Source: Candidatus Dormiibacterota bacterium
Lineage (GTDB): Bacteria > Chloroflexota > Dormibacteria > Aeolococcales > Aeolococcaceae
Reading direction: 5' to 3'
Assembly: GCA_036269455.1 (NCBI GenBank)
Contig: DATARS010000209.1
Span: forward strand, 1-61,361
Length of the DNA: 61,361 nt
Position numbers and translations under genes: made by a program. The notes under the pieces are model-generated. The model saw nothing but the letters and a program-made list of their open reading frames with translations, did not search any database and was not told the DNA's origin. Shown here piece after piece: positions 42,004 to 51,558 of the stretch. The first letter of the stretch is position 1. Every line of letters starts with the position of its first letter.

Positions 42004-43164
42004 CTAGCGGGCCAGCACCTCGAGCGCCTCGGTGAAGTGCCGCGGCGGGGCGCCGAGGCCGAGGCGCACCCGCTGGGGGACGCCGAAGAGCTCGCCGGGG
42101 ACCGCGGCGAGGCCGGCCCCGCGGCGCAGGCGCTCCAGCCGGGGCGGGGCGGCCATGAGGCCGGGGAGCCGGGGAAAGGCGACCAGCCCGTCGGCCGGCG
42201 CGGTGAGCGAGGCGCCCTCGACCCCGCCCACCCAGCCGGTGAGCGCGTCGAGGTTGGCCCGGGCGGTGGCGGCGACGCGGGCCGAGAGGGCGGCGCGGTG
42301 CTCGAGGGCGAGCGCGGCGAGCAGCTCGCAGGGCGCCGCGGTGCCCAGGCTGGTGAGGTCCTTGAGCGCTGCGACCCGGGCGAGCAGATCGGGACGGGCG
42401 GCGCTCACCCAGCCGACGCGCAGGCCGCCGAGCCCGAACGCCTTGCTGACGTCGCCGAGCACCACCAGCGCGCCGGTCGCGAAGGCCGCGCTCGCGCTGA
42501 GGCTCGGGGCGCCGGGGTCGAGCGTCCCCCGGGCGACCTCGTCGACGACCACGACCGCGCCGGCGGCGGCGCAGCGCTCCGCCAGCGCGTCGAGCTCGAT
42601 GGGATCGACCACCGCCCCGGTGGGGTTGTGCGGCGAGTTGAGCAGCACCGCCCGGGTGCCCGCCGGCAGGCCGTCGAGGAGCGGCCCGAGCTCGAGGCGG
42701 GCGCGGCCCGGCCGCCACACCGCCACCGGCACCACCGTGGCCCCGGCGGCCTCGGGGGCCCGGAGCAGCCCCTCGTAGGCGGGGGTGCCCGCGACAACCA
42801 CGTCGCCGGGACCGGCGGTGGCGGCGCAGGCGAGCAGCGTCGCCTCGACCGCGCCGTGGGTGATCACCACCTCCGCCGCCCGGCGGGCCGCCCCGGCGGC
42901 GGCGACGGCGTGTCGCAGCCGCTCGCCGCCGCCGCCGTCGCCGTAGTCCAGCGACAGGCCGAGGTACTCGTCGACCGCCGCCGGGCCGGCGAGCCCGAGC
43001 ACGTCGCGGACGCTGAGCGCGGAGGCGCCGCTGCGACCCAGGTCGAGGCGCGGCGGCGCGCCCTGGGCGGCGAACCACCGCTCCAGCCGCACCGAACCGG
43101 CGCCGCCGAGCCTCACCGGGCGGCGGGCATGGGGCCGGCGGCGGGTTTGACCATGCCGCCGCAT
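42004..43164 (-). CDS. class I/II PLP-dependent aminotransferase
   Basis: LNSPHNPTGAV, VVVDEV, GDVSKAFGLGGLRVGW (PLP-Lys). Start uncertain; ATG 43164 chosen. Confidence 0.72.
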   Translation of the reverse strand: MRRHGQTRRRPHARRPVRLGGAGSVRLERWFAAQGAPPRLDLGRSGASALSVRDVLGLAGPAAVDEYLGLSLDYGDGGGGERLRHAVAAAGAARRAAEVVITHGAVEATLLACAATAGPGDVVVAGTPAYEGLLRAPEAAGATVVPVAVWRPGRARLELGPLLDGLPAGTRAVLLNSPHNPTGAVVDPIELDALAERCAAAGAVVVVDEVARGTLDPGAPSLSASAAFATGALVVLGDVSKAFGLGGLRVGWVSAARPDLLARVAALKDLTSLGTAAPCELLAALALEHRAALSARVAATARANLDALTGWVGGVEGASLTAPADGLVAFPRLPGLMAAPPRLERLRRGAGLAAVPGELFGVPQRVRLGLGAPPRHFTEALEVLAR

Positions 43165-43240
43165 TCTGACGGCGCCGTGTTGCGCGCCGAAGTCGGCGCC
43201 CGTCACCGGTGCGCAACCCCGCCCTCGCATACTCCCGGCG

Positions 43241-44356
43241 ATGGGCAGGATGCTGGTCACCGGCGGCGCCGGATTCGTCGGCAGCCACCTCGTCGACGCC
43301 CTGCTCGGCGCCGGCCACGAGGTGCGGGTGCTCGACAACCTCGACCCCCAGGCACACGAGGGCGGGGTGCCGCGCTTCCTCCGCCGCGAGGCCGAGCTGG
43401 TGGCCGGCGACCTCCGCGACCCGGGGGCGGTCGGCCGCGCGCTCGATGGCGTCGAGGTGGTCTTCCACCAGGGCGGCATGGTCGGCAACGGCCAGTCGAT
43501 GTACGAGATCCACCGCTACGTCGACGTCAACGCCGGGGGCACGGCGGTGCTCCTCGAGCAGGCGCTGCGCCACCGCGACACCCTGCGGCGGGTGGTGACC
43601 GCCTCGTCGATGGTCGTCTACGGCGAGGGCGCGTACCGCTGCCCCGAGCACGGCCCCGTCGCTCCCGGGCTGCGCCGGGCGGCCGATCTCGAGGCGCGGC
43701 GCTGGGAGAACCGGTGCCCGCGTTGCGGCGAGGTGGCGAGCCCGGTTCCGACCGCCGAGGACCATCCCCTCCAGCCCACCTCCCCCTACGCGATCAGCAA
43801 GCGTGACTGCGAGGAGCTGACCCTCACCACCGGGATCGCCCACGGCATCGAGACCGTGGCGCTCCGCTACCTCAACATCTACGGTCCCCGGCAGGCGCTC
43901 TCCAACCCCTACACCGGGGTCGCCGCCATCTTCTGCACCCGCCTGCTCGGCGGCCGGCCGCCGCTGGTCTTCGAGGACGGCGAGCAGCGCCGCGACCTGG
44001 TGCACGTCTCCGACGTGGTCCGCGCCAACCTGCTGGCGATGGACGCGCCGCGGGCGCCGGGGCACGCCATCAACGTGGGCACCGGGGTGTCGCTGACCGT
44101 GCGCGAGCTCGCCCTCACCCTCGCCGCCGAGCTCGGGGCCGGGGTCGAGCCCGAGATCACCGGCCACCACCGGGCCGGCGACATCCGCCACTGCTTCGCC
44201 GACCTGCGCCGGGCCGGGGAGCTGCTCGGATTCGAGGCGCGGACCGATCGCGCCGCCGGGCTGCGCGACCTCGTGGACTGGGTGCGTGGCGAGGCGCCGG
44301 TCGACCGCACCCCGGCGGCGGTCGCACAGCTGCGCGAGCGCGGCCTGATCCGCTGA
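43241..44356 (+). CDS. NAD-dependent epimerase/dehydratase (extended SDR) with a Cys/His insert
   Basis: LVTGGAGFVGSHL, SSMVVYG, SPYAISK (YxxxK). About 40 aa inserted between them: YRCPEHG...NRCPRCGE. Confidence 0.85.
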   Translation: MGRMLVTGGAGFVGSHLVDALLGAGHEVRVLDNLDPQAHEGGVPRFLRREAELVAGDLRDPGAVGRALDGVEVVFHQGGMVGNGQSMYEIHRYVDVNAGGTAVLLEQALRHRDTLRRVVTASSMVVYGEGAYRCPEHGPVAPGLRRAADLEARRWENRCPRCGEVASPVPTAEDHPLQPTSPYAISKRDCEELTLTTGIAHGIETVALRYLNIYGPRQALSNPYTGVAAIFCTRLLGGRPPLVFEDGEQRRDLVHVSDVVRANLLAMDAPRAPGHAINVGTGVSLTVRELALTLAAELGAGVEPEITGHHRAGDIRHCFADLRRAGELLGFEARTDRAAGLRDLVDWVRGEAPVDRTPAAVAQLRERGLIR

Positions 44357-44487
44357 GACGCGGTGATAACCGGACCGTCGTCATTTGTTGCCACCTGCAC
44401 AATGACCTGGGCGCGCACCCTGGCTACCATCGGGAGGACAACGGATCTCCGCCACAGCGATGCTCCGCACTGGGGAACAACTCCGCG

Positions 44488-44649
44488 ATGTATGCCATCC
44501 TCGAATACCCCGACGGGCCCGCCCTCTGTGTCGGCTACCGCACTCTGGTCGCCGCGGTGGCCGCTCTCGAGCGGCTGCGCGGTGACGACGTCCGCTATGC
44601 CACCCATGTCGTCGCGGCCAGCGCCGACCCGGTGATCGACGCCGGCTGA
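44488..44649 (+). CDS. possible small ORF (53 aa) in the aceE upstream region
   Basis: MYAILEYPDGPALCVGYRTLVAAVAALERLRGDDVRYATHVVAASADPVIDAG. High GC3 in this frame. GGGGAA lies 10 nt upstream. Below the ORF-track length cut-off. No family recognised. Confidence 0.3.
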   Translation: MYAILEYPDGPALCVGYRTLVAAVAALERLRGDDVRYATHVVAASADPVIDAG

Positions 44650-44740
44650 CCCGGCTCGGCCCCCGTAGCCCCGGAGGGGGCGGGGTGGTATACAGGGTGC
44701 CTCATCCCCCGTGCCGTGAGGCGCGCTGGAGCTGCACCCC

Positions 44741-47422
44741 ATGACCTTTGACGGGCTCCACACCCAGCTCCCCGACGTCGATCCCGACGAGACCCGTGAG
44801 TGGCTCGACTCCTTCGAGTCGGTCGTCGCCATGGGCGGGCGAACCCGGGCCCGCTTCCTCGTCACCAAGCTCCTCGAGCGCGCCCGTGCCCAGCAGGTGG
44901 GGCTGCCCTCGCTGGTCTCCACCGACTACATCAACACCGTGCCGCCCGACGGCGAACCCTGGTTCCCCGGCGACGAGGAGATGGAGCTGCGCATCCGGCG
45001 GATCAACCGCTGGAACGCGGCGGTGATGGTGACCCGGGCCAACAAGCGGTCCGAGGGCATCGGTGGCCACATCTCGACATACGCCTCGTCGGCATCGCTG
45101 TACGAGGTGGGTTTCAACCACTTCTTTCACGGCAAGGACGACGGTCGCGCCGGTGACCAGGTCTACTACCAGGGGCACGCCGCGCCCGGGGTCTACGCCC
45201 GCGCCTTCCTCGAGGGGCGGCTCAGCGAGGCTCGGCTCGACAACTTCCGCCAGGAGGTCGGCGGCCAGGGGCTGAGCTCCTACCCGCATCCCCGGTTGAT
45301 GCCCGACTTCTGGGAGTTCCCCACCGTCTCGATGGGGCTGGGGCCGCTCAACGCCATCTACCAGGCGCGCTTCAACCGCTACCTGCGCAACCGCCGCATC
45401 GCCGACACCTCGGAGTCGCGGGTGTGGTGCTTCCTCGGCGACGGCGAGTGCGACGGGCCCGAGGCGCTCGGTGCGCTCGGGGTGGCCGCCCGTGAGCAGC
45501 TCGACAACCTGACCTTCGTGGTCTCCTGCAACCTGCAGCGGCTCGACGGCCCGGTACGCGGCAACGGGAAGATCATCCAGGAGCTCGAGGCGGTCTTCCG
45601 CGGCGCCGGCTGGAACGTCATCAAGGTGATCTGGTGCCGCGAGTGGGACGACCTGCTCGCCCGCGACGTCGACGGCGTGCTCGTCAACAAGATGAACACC
45701 ACCAACGACGGCCAGTTTCAGAAGTACTCGACCGAAACCGGCGAGTACATCCGCGAGCACTTCTTCGGCCCCGACCCGCGGCTGCAGCGGATGGTCGCGC
45801 ACCTCTCCGACACCGACCTCACCCACCTGCGCCGCGGCGGCCACGACTACCGCAAGCTCTATGCCGCCTACAAGCTCGCCACCGAGTACGAGGGCGCGCC
45901 CACGGTGATCCTGGCCCACACCATCAAGGGCTGGGCGCTGGGTCCGGGCTTCACCGCCCGCAACGCCACCCACCAGATCAAGAAGATGAGCGAGCAGGAG
46001 CTCAAGGCCTTCCGCGACACCCTCGAGCTGCCGATCACCGACCGCCAGCTCGAGCAGGGGACGCCTCCCTACTACCACCCGGGCGACGACTCCGAGGAGG
46101 TCGAGTACATCCGGGTGCGCCGGCGCATGCTCCACGGCTCGGTGCCGCGCCGGCTGGTGCGCTCCAAGCCGCTGCCGCTGGTCGACGACGGACCCTGGAC
46201 CGAGCCGCTGGCAGGGTCGGGCGGCAGGCCCGCCTCGACGACGATGGCCTTCGCCGCGATCCTCCGCAGCCTGCTCCGCGACAAGGAGATCGGCCGGCGG
46301 GTGGTGCCCATCATCCCCGACGAGGCGCGCACCTTCGGCATGGACGCGCTCTTCCGCGAGGTGAAGATCTACGCGCCCTTCGGCCAGCAGTACGAGCCCG
46401 TCGACGCCAACATGGTGCTCTCCTACCGCGAGGCGTCCGACGGCCAGATCCTCGAGGAGGGGATCACCGAGGCCGGCGCGATGGCGAGCTTCACCGCCGC
46501 CGGCACCGCCTACGCCACCCACGCCGAGCCGATGATCCCCTTCTACATCTTCTATTCGATGTTCGGCTTCCAGCGCACCAGCGACCTGGTGTGGGCGTTC
46601 GGCGACTCGCGGGGTCGTGGCTTCCTGCTCGGCGCCACCGCGGGGCGCACCACGCTCAACGGCGAGGGGCTGCAGCACGAGGACGGGCACAGCCCGCTGC
46701 TCTTCTCCGCGGTGCCCAACGTGCGCATCTACGACCCCGCCTTCGCCTACGAGCTCGCGATGGTGATCCGCGACGGCATGAAGCGGATGTACCACGAGGG
46801 CGAGGACGTCTTCTACTACATCACGCTCTACAACGAGAACCACCCGATGCCGCCCGCGCCCGAGGGGGTGGAGGAGGGCGTGCTGCGCGGCCTCTACCTC
46901 TACCGGTCGGCGACCGAGCCGCGCCGCCACCGTGCCCACATCCTCGCCAGCGGCACCGCCATGCTCGCCGCCCTCGAGGCGCAGCAGCTTCTCAGCGAGC
47001 ACCACGACGTCGCCGCCGACGTGTGGAGCGCCACCAGCTATCAGCAGCTGCGCAACGAGGCGCTCGACGTCGAGCGCTGGAACCGGCTGCATCCGCAGAA
47101 GCGCCCGCGGGTCCCCTACGTCACCGCGCAGCTGACCCAGTCGCCGGCGGCGGTGGTGGCGGTGACCGACTACATCCGGGCCGTTCCCGACCAGATCGCG
47201 CGATTCGTCCCGGGCACCTTCACCGTTCTGGGCACCGACGGCTACGGCCGCAGCGACACCCGCGACGCGCTCCGCCGCCACTTCGAGACCGACGCCGCGC
47301 ACATTGTCGTCGCGGTGCTCGCCGCGCTCGGCCGCGAGGAGCGCCTCGACCCCGCGGTCGTGTCCGAGGCGATGGATCGCTACCGCATCGACCCGGAGAC
47401 GCCGACACCGGTGTTCGCCTGA
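44741..47422 (+). CDS. aceE: pyruvate dehydrogenase E1 component, homodimeric type
   Basis: 893 aa. [17 protein letters not shown]-like [81 protein letters not shown]. Confidence 0.93.
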   Translation: MTFDGLHTQLPDVDPDETREWLDSFESVVAMGGRTRARFLVTKLLERARAQQVGLPSLVSTDYINTVPPDGEPWFPGDEEMELRIRRINRWNAAVMVTRANKRSEGIGGHISTYASSASLYEVGFNHFFHGKDDGRAGDQVYYQGHAAPGVYARAFLEGRLSEARLDNFRQEVGGQGLSSYPHPRLMPDFWEFPTVSMGLGPLNAIYQARFNRYLRNRRIADTSESRVWCFLGDGECDGPEALGALGVAAREQLDNLTFVVSCNLQRLDGPVRGNGKIIQELEAVFRGAGWNVIKVIWCREWDDLLARDVDGVLVNKMNTTNDGQFQKYSTETGEYIREHFFGPDPRLQRMVAHLSDTDLTHLRRGGHDYRKLYAAYKLATEYEGAPTVILAHTIKGWALGPGFTARNATHQIKKMSEQELKAFRDTLELPITDRQLEQGTPPYYHPGDDSEEVEYIRVRRRMLHGSVPRRLVRSKPLPLVDDGPWTEPLAGSGGRPASTTMAFAAILRSLLRDKEIGRRVVPIIPDEARTFGMDALFREVKIYAPFGQQYEPVDANMVLSYREASDGQILEEGITEAGAMASFTAAGTAYATHAEPMIPFYIFYSMFGFQRTSDLVWAFGDSRGRGFLLGATAGRTTLNGEGLQHEDGHSPLLFSAVPNVRIYDPAFAYELAMVIRDGMKRMYHEGEDVFYYITLYNENHPMPPAPEGVEEGVLRGLYLYRSATEPRRHRAHILASGTAMLAALEAQQLLSEHHDVAADVWSATSYQQLRNEALDVERWNRLHPQKRPRVPYVTAQLTQSPAAVVAVTDYIRAVPDQIARFVPGTFTVLGTDGYGRSDTRDALRRHFETDAAHIVVAVLAALGREERLDPAVVSEAMDRYRIDPETPTPVFA

Positions 47423-47982
47423 CCGGTCATTTCGCGCTGCACCGCGAGCAGGGAGAGGTGGAGGCGGGTGGCGATCTCGTGGTCGCTCCAGTGTCCGCCG
47501 GTCAGCGCGGTGACGATGCGCGCCGGCGCCGTGGGCGTCCACGGGTCGGGCTCTGAGACGGTGCCGACCAGGGCGCGCAGCGTCGCCGCGTGCCAGCTGG
47601 AGTGCCCGTTGCGGGTGAAGATCGCCAGCGCGCGCTTGAGATCGGCGCGCGCCTCCCAGGTTCGTGCCAGAACCCGCAGCAGGCTGCCGCGCGCGAGCAG
47701 CGCGCGGCCGAGGTCGGGCGACCACGGGCTGGCACCGGCGCTGTCCACGGCGCTCTGCAGCCGGCCCAGCGCGCCGCCGAGATCGCCCTCGGCGGCGCGG
47801 AGCAGAGCCCGGCAGCGCTGCTCGACGAGCGATCCCACCTGCCAGCGGCGGGTGCGCCCGGCGTCGCAGTAGAAGTCGAGGGTGCGCTGGGCGCAGCCGG
47901 TCTCCCCCAGCTCCAGGAGGATCTCGACGAGGTCGCCGACCACCTCCTCCCACCACGGCTCGTACTCGATCATCGCTCCCAC
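47380..47982 (-). CDS. LuxR/LAL-type regulator C-terminal fragment (TPR-like region + degenerate HTH); possible gene remnant
   Basis: Helical repeats ([52 protein letters not shown]), then [26 protein letters not shown], resembling a decayed LuxR HTH. No N-terminal ATPase or receiver domain. The 3' end overlaps aceE by 43 nt. Confidence 0.35.
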   Translation of the reverse strand: MGAMIEYEPWWEEVVGDLVEILLELGETGCAQRTLDFYCDAGRTRRWQVGSLVEQRCRALLRAAEGDLGGALGRLQSAVDSAGASPWSPDLGRALLARGSLLRVLARTWEARADLKRALAIFTRNGHSSWHAATLRALVGTVSEPDPWTPTAPARIVTALTGGHWSDHEIATRLHLSLLAVQREMTGQANTGVGVSGSMR

Positions 47983-48152
47983 TCTCTCGACTGTTCCCAG
48001 TTGCAGGTGCGCGATGTGCGCACCGTGTTGCAGAGCATCAGCAGGCTAGCACGGAGACCGGTTATGGCCGCGTCATGGACTGCGCACAACATCGCACGCT
48101 GCGGGTTGGTGCGCACACCGAGCGTGCGGTGCAACATTGGCATGCCGTTCGG

Positions 48153-49331
48153 TCATCGATTGATGCGCAGCCGCGCCGCCACCGCCCCGGCCAGGCCGCC
48201 CTGCACCAGCAGGGAGAGCACCACCACCCCGTAGGCGACGGTGGGCACCTCTGCCGTGACGTGCGGGTTGCCGGTGAGTGAGAGTGCGAGCGCCACCGAG
48301 AGGGCGCCGCGGAGTCCCGACCAGACGGCGAGGTGCCGCCAGTGCCAGGGGATCCGGCGGGCCCGCGGGTCGGCGGCCAGCAGCAGCCCGTACACCGGAA
48401 GCGCGCGCGTCGCCACCATCAGCCCGAAGGCGGCGGCCACCGTGCCGGCGACCGGGAGCAGCTCGCGGGCGGGCAGCGCGGTGCCGACGAGCAGGAAGAG
48501 GATGGCGTTGAGCACGAACGCCAGCACCCCCCAGACGTCGACGAGCTCCTCCGAGTGCAGCGGCATGCGCCGGCCGGCGCCGGCGACGGTGACGCCCACC
48601 ACCACCACCGCGATGATCCCCGAGGCGCCGGCGAGGTCGGCGGCGAGATAGCTCCCGTAGGCGAGCATCAGGGTGACAAGGATCTCCACCTGGGGCTCGC
48701 GCACGGCGCGGAGCAGCGCCAGGCCGATCGCCGCCACCGCCGCGCCGACCAGCGCGCCGCCCGCGGTCTCGACGGCGAAGCGACCGAGGACGCCGCTCGC
48801 GGAGGGGCTGCCGGTTCCGATCGAGACCACCAGCGCGGCGAACACCGCCACCCCGGTGCCGTCGTTGAGCAGGCTCTCGCCCTCGAGCAGGGCCGCGAGC
48901 CGCGCCGGCGCCCCCTCGCGGCGGAGCACCGAGACCATGGCGATGGGGTCGGTGGGGGCCAGCACCGCGGCGAGCAGCATGGCGTCGGCGAGCCGCAGGC
49001 CCAGCAGCAGGTGGACCAGCGAGCCGAGCGTCACCACGGTGATGCCGACCCCGAAGGTGGCGAGCAGCGCCACCGGGGCGAGCACCTGGCGGAGCGCGTC
49101 GAGGTCGAGGGTGAGGCTCGCCTCGAACACCAACCCGGGGACGAAGGCGAGGAGGATGAGGTCGGGGCTGACCACCTGCCGGGGCACGCCGGGGATGAGC
49201 CCGACGGCGACCCCGGCGGCGGCGAGCACCACCGCGTAGGGCACCCGCGCCCGGCGCGAGACCGCGCGCAGCAGCACCGCCACCGCGCACAGGCCCACCA
49301 GCAGCAGGAGAAAGCGCTGCGAGGACGTCAC
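48153..49331 (-). CDS. Na+/H+ (cation/proton) antiporter, CPA1/NhaP-like
   Basis: About 11 TM segments. LAPTDPIAM, GESLLNDGTGVAVF. Confidence 0.82.
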   Translation of the reverse strand: MTSSQRFLLLLVGLCAVAVLLRAVSRRARVPYAVVLAAAGVAVGLIPGVPRQVVSPDLILLAFVPGLVFEASLTLDLDALRQVLAPVALLATFGVGITVVTLGSLVHLLLGLRLADAMLLAAVLAPTDPIAMVSVLRREGAPARLAALLEGESLLNDGTGVAVFAALVVSIGTGSPSASGVLGRFAVETAGGALVGAAVAAIGLALLRAVREPQVEILVTLMLAYGSYLAADLAGASGIIAVVVVGVTVAGAGRRMPLHSEELVDVWGVLAFVLNAILFLLVGTALPARELLPVAGTVAAAFGLMVATRALPVYGLLLAADPRARRIPWHWRHLAVWSGLRGALSVALALSLTGNPHVTAEVPTVAYGVVVLSLLVQGGLAGAVAARLRINR

Positions 49332-49335
49332 GCGG

Positions 49336-51228
49336 TCAGTCCGGCACGTAGTCGCGCCGCAGGCCGAGGCGGTCGGGCGCGTGGAGCTGGAGCATCGTCG
49401 CGCCCACCTCGACGGGAACCCGGCCGTCGATCAGCGAGAGCACCACCATCACCGCGAAGGCGAGCGGGATGGTCACGATCGCGGGCTGGGCGAGCACCAC
49501 GGCGAGCGCCGAGTTGGTGTCGAGCAGATGGGCGAGGGGGCTGCTGGCGAAGGCGAGCATGGTCACCAGGATCCCCGCGGTCGCGGCCAGCCCGCCGGTC
49601 GCGGCGCCGACCGCCGCGCCGAGCAGTGTGAGCCGCCGCCACCAGATCCCCAGCACCAGCAACGGGAAGAAGGAGCTCGCGGCGATGGCGAACGCCCAGC
49701 CGACGAGGATGCTGATGTCGAAGTGCTCGACCGAGAGCCCGAGAACGGCCGCGACCGCTCCGGCGAGCAGGGCGCTGAGCCGGAACGCCCGGCTGCGCGC
49801 CCGCGCGCTCGCCTCGGGGCGCAGCCAGCGGCCGTAGATGTCGTGGCCGAGCGCCCCGCCGAGCGACACCAGCAGGCCGCTGAGCGTCGAGGCGAAGGCG
49901 GCGAAGGCCCCCGCCGCCACCACCGCCGCGAGGATCTCGCCCAGCCAGGACGGGGACAGCTGCCGCGGCAGGATGAGCACCACCGCGTCGGTGAGATTGG
50001 TGGTGTAGAGCTGGGCGGCGTGGAGCCGGCCGATCACCCCGTACAGCGGCGGCCAGACGTAGAACATGCTCACCAGCACGAGCACGTACCAGGCGGTGCG
50101 CCGCGCCGCCCGGGCGTCGGGGTTCGTGTAGAAGCGCACCAGGATGTGGGGCAGCCCCATGGTCCCGAAGACGATGCCGATGATCAGCGAGTAGGTGAAG
50201 AGCAGGGGATGGCCGCTGCCCCCGGCGAGCGGGCCGAAGGGGTGCAGCCAGGAGGCGCCGTCGCTCGGCGGAGTGTCGCTGCCGAAGGGCACCGGCGCCC
50301 CCGCGGCGAGGGTGACCCGGGCGCGCTCCTCCCAGCGCACCCGTCCCACCGGCAGCGTGCTCGACCCCGCCAGCAGCACCGGCCGTCGGGGCCCGTTCCG
50401 CTGCGAGGCGGCCGAGAGCGGGACGCCGACATAGGTCGTGCGCGCGGTGCCGCCGCGGTCGCCCGGCGGGAGCAGGGTCGCGGTGGCGTGACCCTCGACG
50501 CTCACCGCCAGCGGGCGGCCGAGCGACCACAGGTCGCCGGCGCCGACGGTGAAGGTCGTGGCCTGCTCCAGCGCCGGCGCCGTGCCCCGTCCGGCGGCGC
50601 CGATCAGGTGCGCGGGGGTGCCGTAGTGGATGAGCAGGACGAACACCGGGACGCTGATGGCGAAGAGCTTCACCGCGAACTGCATCGCCTGCACCAGGGT
50701 GATGCCGCGCATCCCTCCGGCGACGACGATGCTGACCACGACCACGGCGACGATCACCACCCCGGCGGCGTAGGGGATGCCCGCGGCGGTGGCCACGGTG
50801 ATCCCCGCCGCCTTCATCTGCGGCAGCGTGTAGAAGAGACCGATGAGGATGACCAGGCCCACCGCGAGGCGGCGGAATCGGGGACTGTTGAAGCGTCCCT
50901 CGGCGAAGTCGGGAATGGTGTAGGCGCCGAAGCGGCGCAGCGGCCCGGCGATGAAGACGAGCAGCACCAGGTAGCCGGCCGCATAGCCGACCGGGTACCA
51001 GAGCACGTCGTAGCCGAACTGCATCACCAGCCCGGCGACACCGAGGAAGGAGGCGGCGCTGAGGTACTCGCCGCTGATCGCCGCGGCGTTGAGCCGCGGC
51101 GGCACCGCCCGCGCCGCCACCATGAAGTCGGAGGTGGTGCGCGCGTAGCGGCGGGCGTAGGCGCCGACCGCCACGGTGAGCGCGGCCATCAGCAGCAGTC
51201 CCGCCACCGCACCCGCGGAGACGATCAC
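49336..51228 (-). CDS. actP: cation/acetate symporter (SSS family) with an enlarged hydrophilic loop
   Basis: SDFMVAAR, ISGEYLSAASFLGVAG, TIPDFAEGRF, GGMRGITLVQAMQ, GTMGLPHILVRFYT. GTGA overlap with the upstream DUF485 gene. Confidence 0.86.
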   Translation of the reverse strand: MIVSAGAVAGLLLMAALTVAVGAYARRYARTTSDFMVAARAVPPRLNAAAISGEYLSAASFLGVAGLVMQFGYDVLWYPVGYAAGYLVLLVFIAGPLRRFGAYTIPDFAEGRFNSPRFRRLAVGLVILIGLFYTLPQMKAAGITVATAAGIPYAAGVVIVAVVVVSIVVAGGMRGITLVQAMQFAVKLFAISVPVFVLLIHYGTPAHLIGAAGRGTAPALEQATTFTVGAGDLWSLGRPLAVSVEGHATATLLPPGDRGGTARTTYVGVPLSAASQRNGPRRPVLLAGSSTLPVGRVRWEERARVTLAAGAPVPFGSDTPPSDGASWLHPFGPLAGGSGHPLLFTYSLIIGIVFGTMGLPHILVRFYTNPDARAARRTAWYVLVLVSMFYVWPPLYGVIGRLHAAQLYTTNLTDAVVLILPRQLSPSWLGEILAAVVAAGAFAAFASTLSGLLVSLGGALGHDIYGRWLRPEASARARSRAFRLSALLAGAVAAVLGLSVEHFDISILVGWAFAIAASSFFPLLVLGIWWRRLTLLGAAVGAATGGLAATAGILVTMLAFASSPLAHLLDTNSALAVVLAQPAIVTIPLAFAVMVVLSLIDGRVPVEVGATMLQLHAPDRLGLRRDYVPD

Positions 51229-51557
51229 TGCAGCAGGTCGGTGAAGTCGTCGTCGATGCCCTCGGCGCGGCGCACGTAGAGCAGTCCCAGGACCACCAGC
51301 ACCGGGTAGGTGAGCACCCCGAGGATCAGCCAGGGCAGGGGGATTCCCAGCACCGCGGCGTCACCGTAGCCCGGCCAGATCACCGGCAGCACCGGCTGGA
51401 CGCCGAGCCCGACGAGGAACGCCACGGTGACCGCCAGGCTCAGCCGGAGCTGGCGGCGCATCAGCGCGCTGAGGAAGACGGTGCCGACCTGGGTCTGCTC
51501 GAGCAGGTCGCGCAGCCGGCGGCGGGCGTGCTCGCGGTCGCGCCGCTCCATCGCCAC
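51225..51557 (-). CDS. DUF485 (YjcH-like) membrane protein, ActP partner
   Basis: 110 aa, two TM helices. Canonical position immediately upstream of actP. Confidence 0.78.
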   Translation of the reverse strand: MAMERRDREHARRRLRDLLEQTQVGTVFLSALMRRQLRLSLAVTVAFLVGLGVQPVLPVIWPGYGDAAVLGIPLPWLILGVLTYPVLVVLGLLYVRRAEGIDDDFTDLLQ

Positions 51558-51558
51558 C

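Noticed and set aside
39616-44191. Long minus-strand ORFs 39616..41340 and 41990..44191, and plus-strand ORF 41992..43806
   Set aside because: They overlap the kinase, rhodanese, NAT, aminotransferase and epimerase genes in other frames or strands. The translations are low-complexity.
44363-44635. 90-aa track ORF in the aceE upstream region
   Set aside because: It has lower GC3 and an implausible composition (MITGPSSFVATCTMTWARTL...). The overlapping 53-codon frame at 44488..44649 has the better coding signature, though it is itself uncertain.
44702-47956. 1084-aa ORF on the minus strand
   Set aside because: It is antisense to the clearly recognisable aceE (E1) gene. The translation is Arg/Gly/Ala/Pro low-complexity with no motifs. 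This is a typical stop-codon-poor shadow ORF of a very GC-rich genome.
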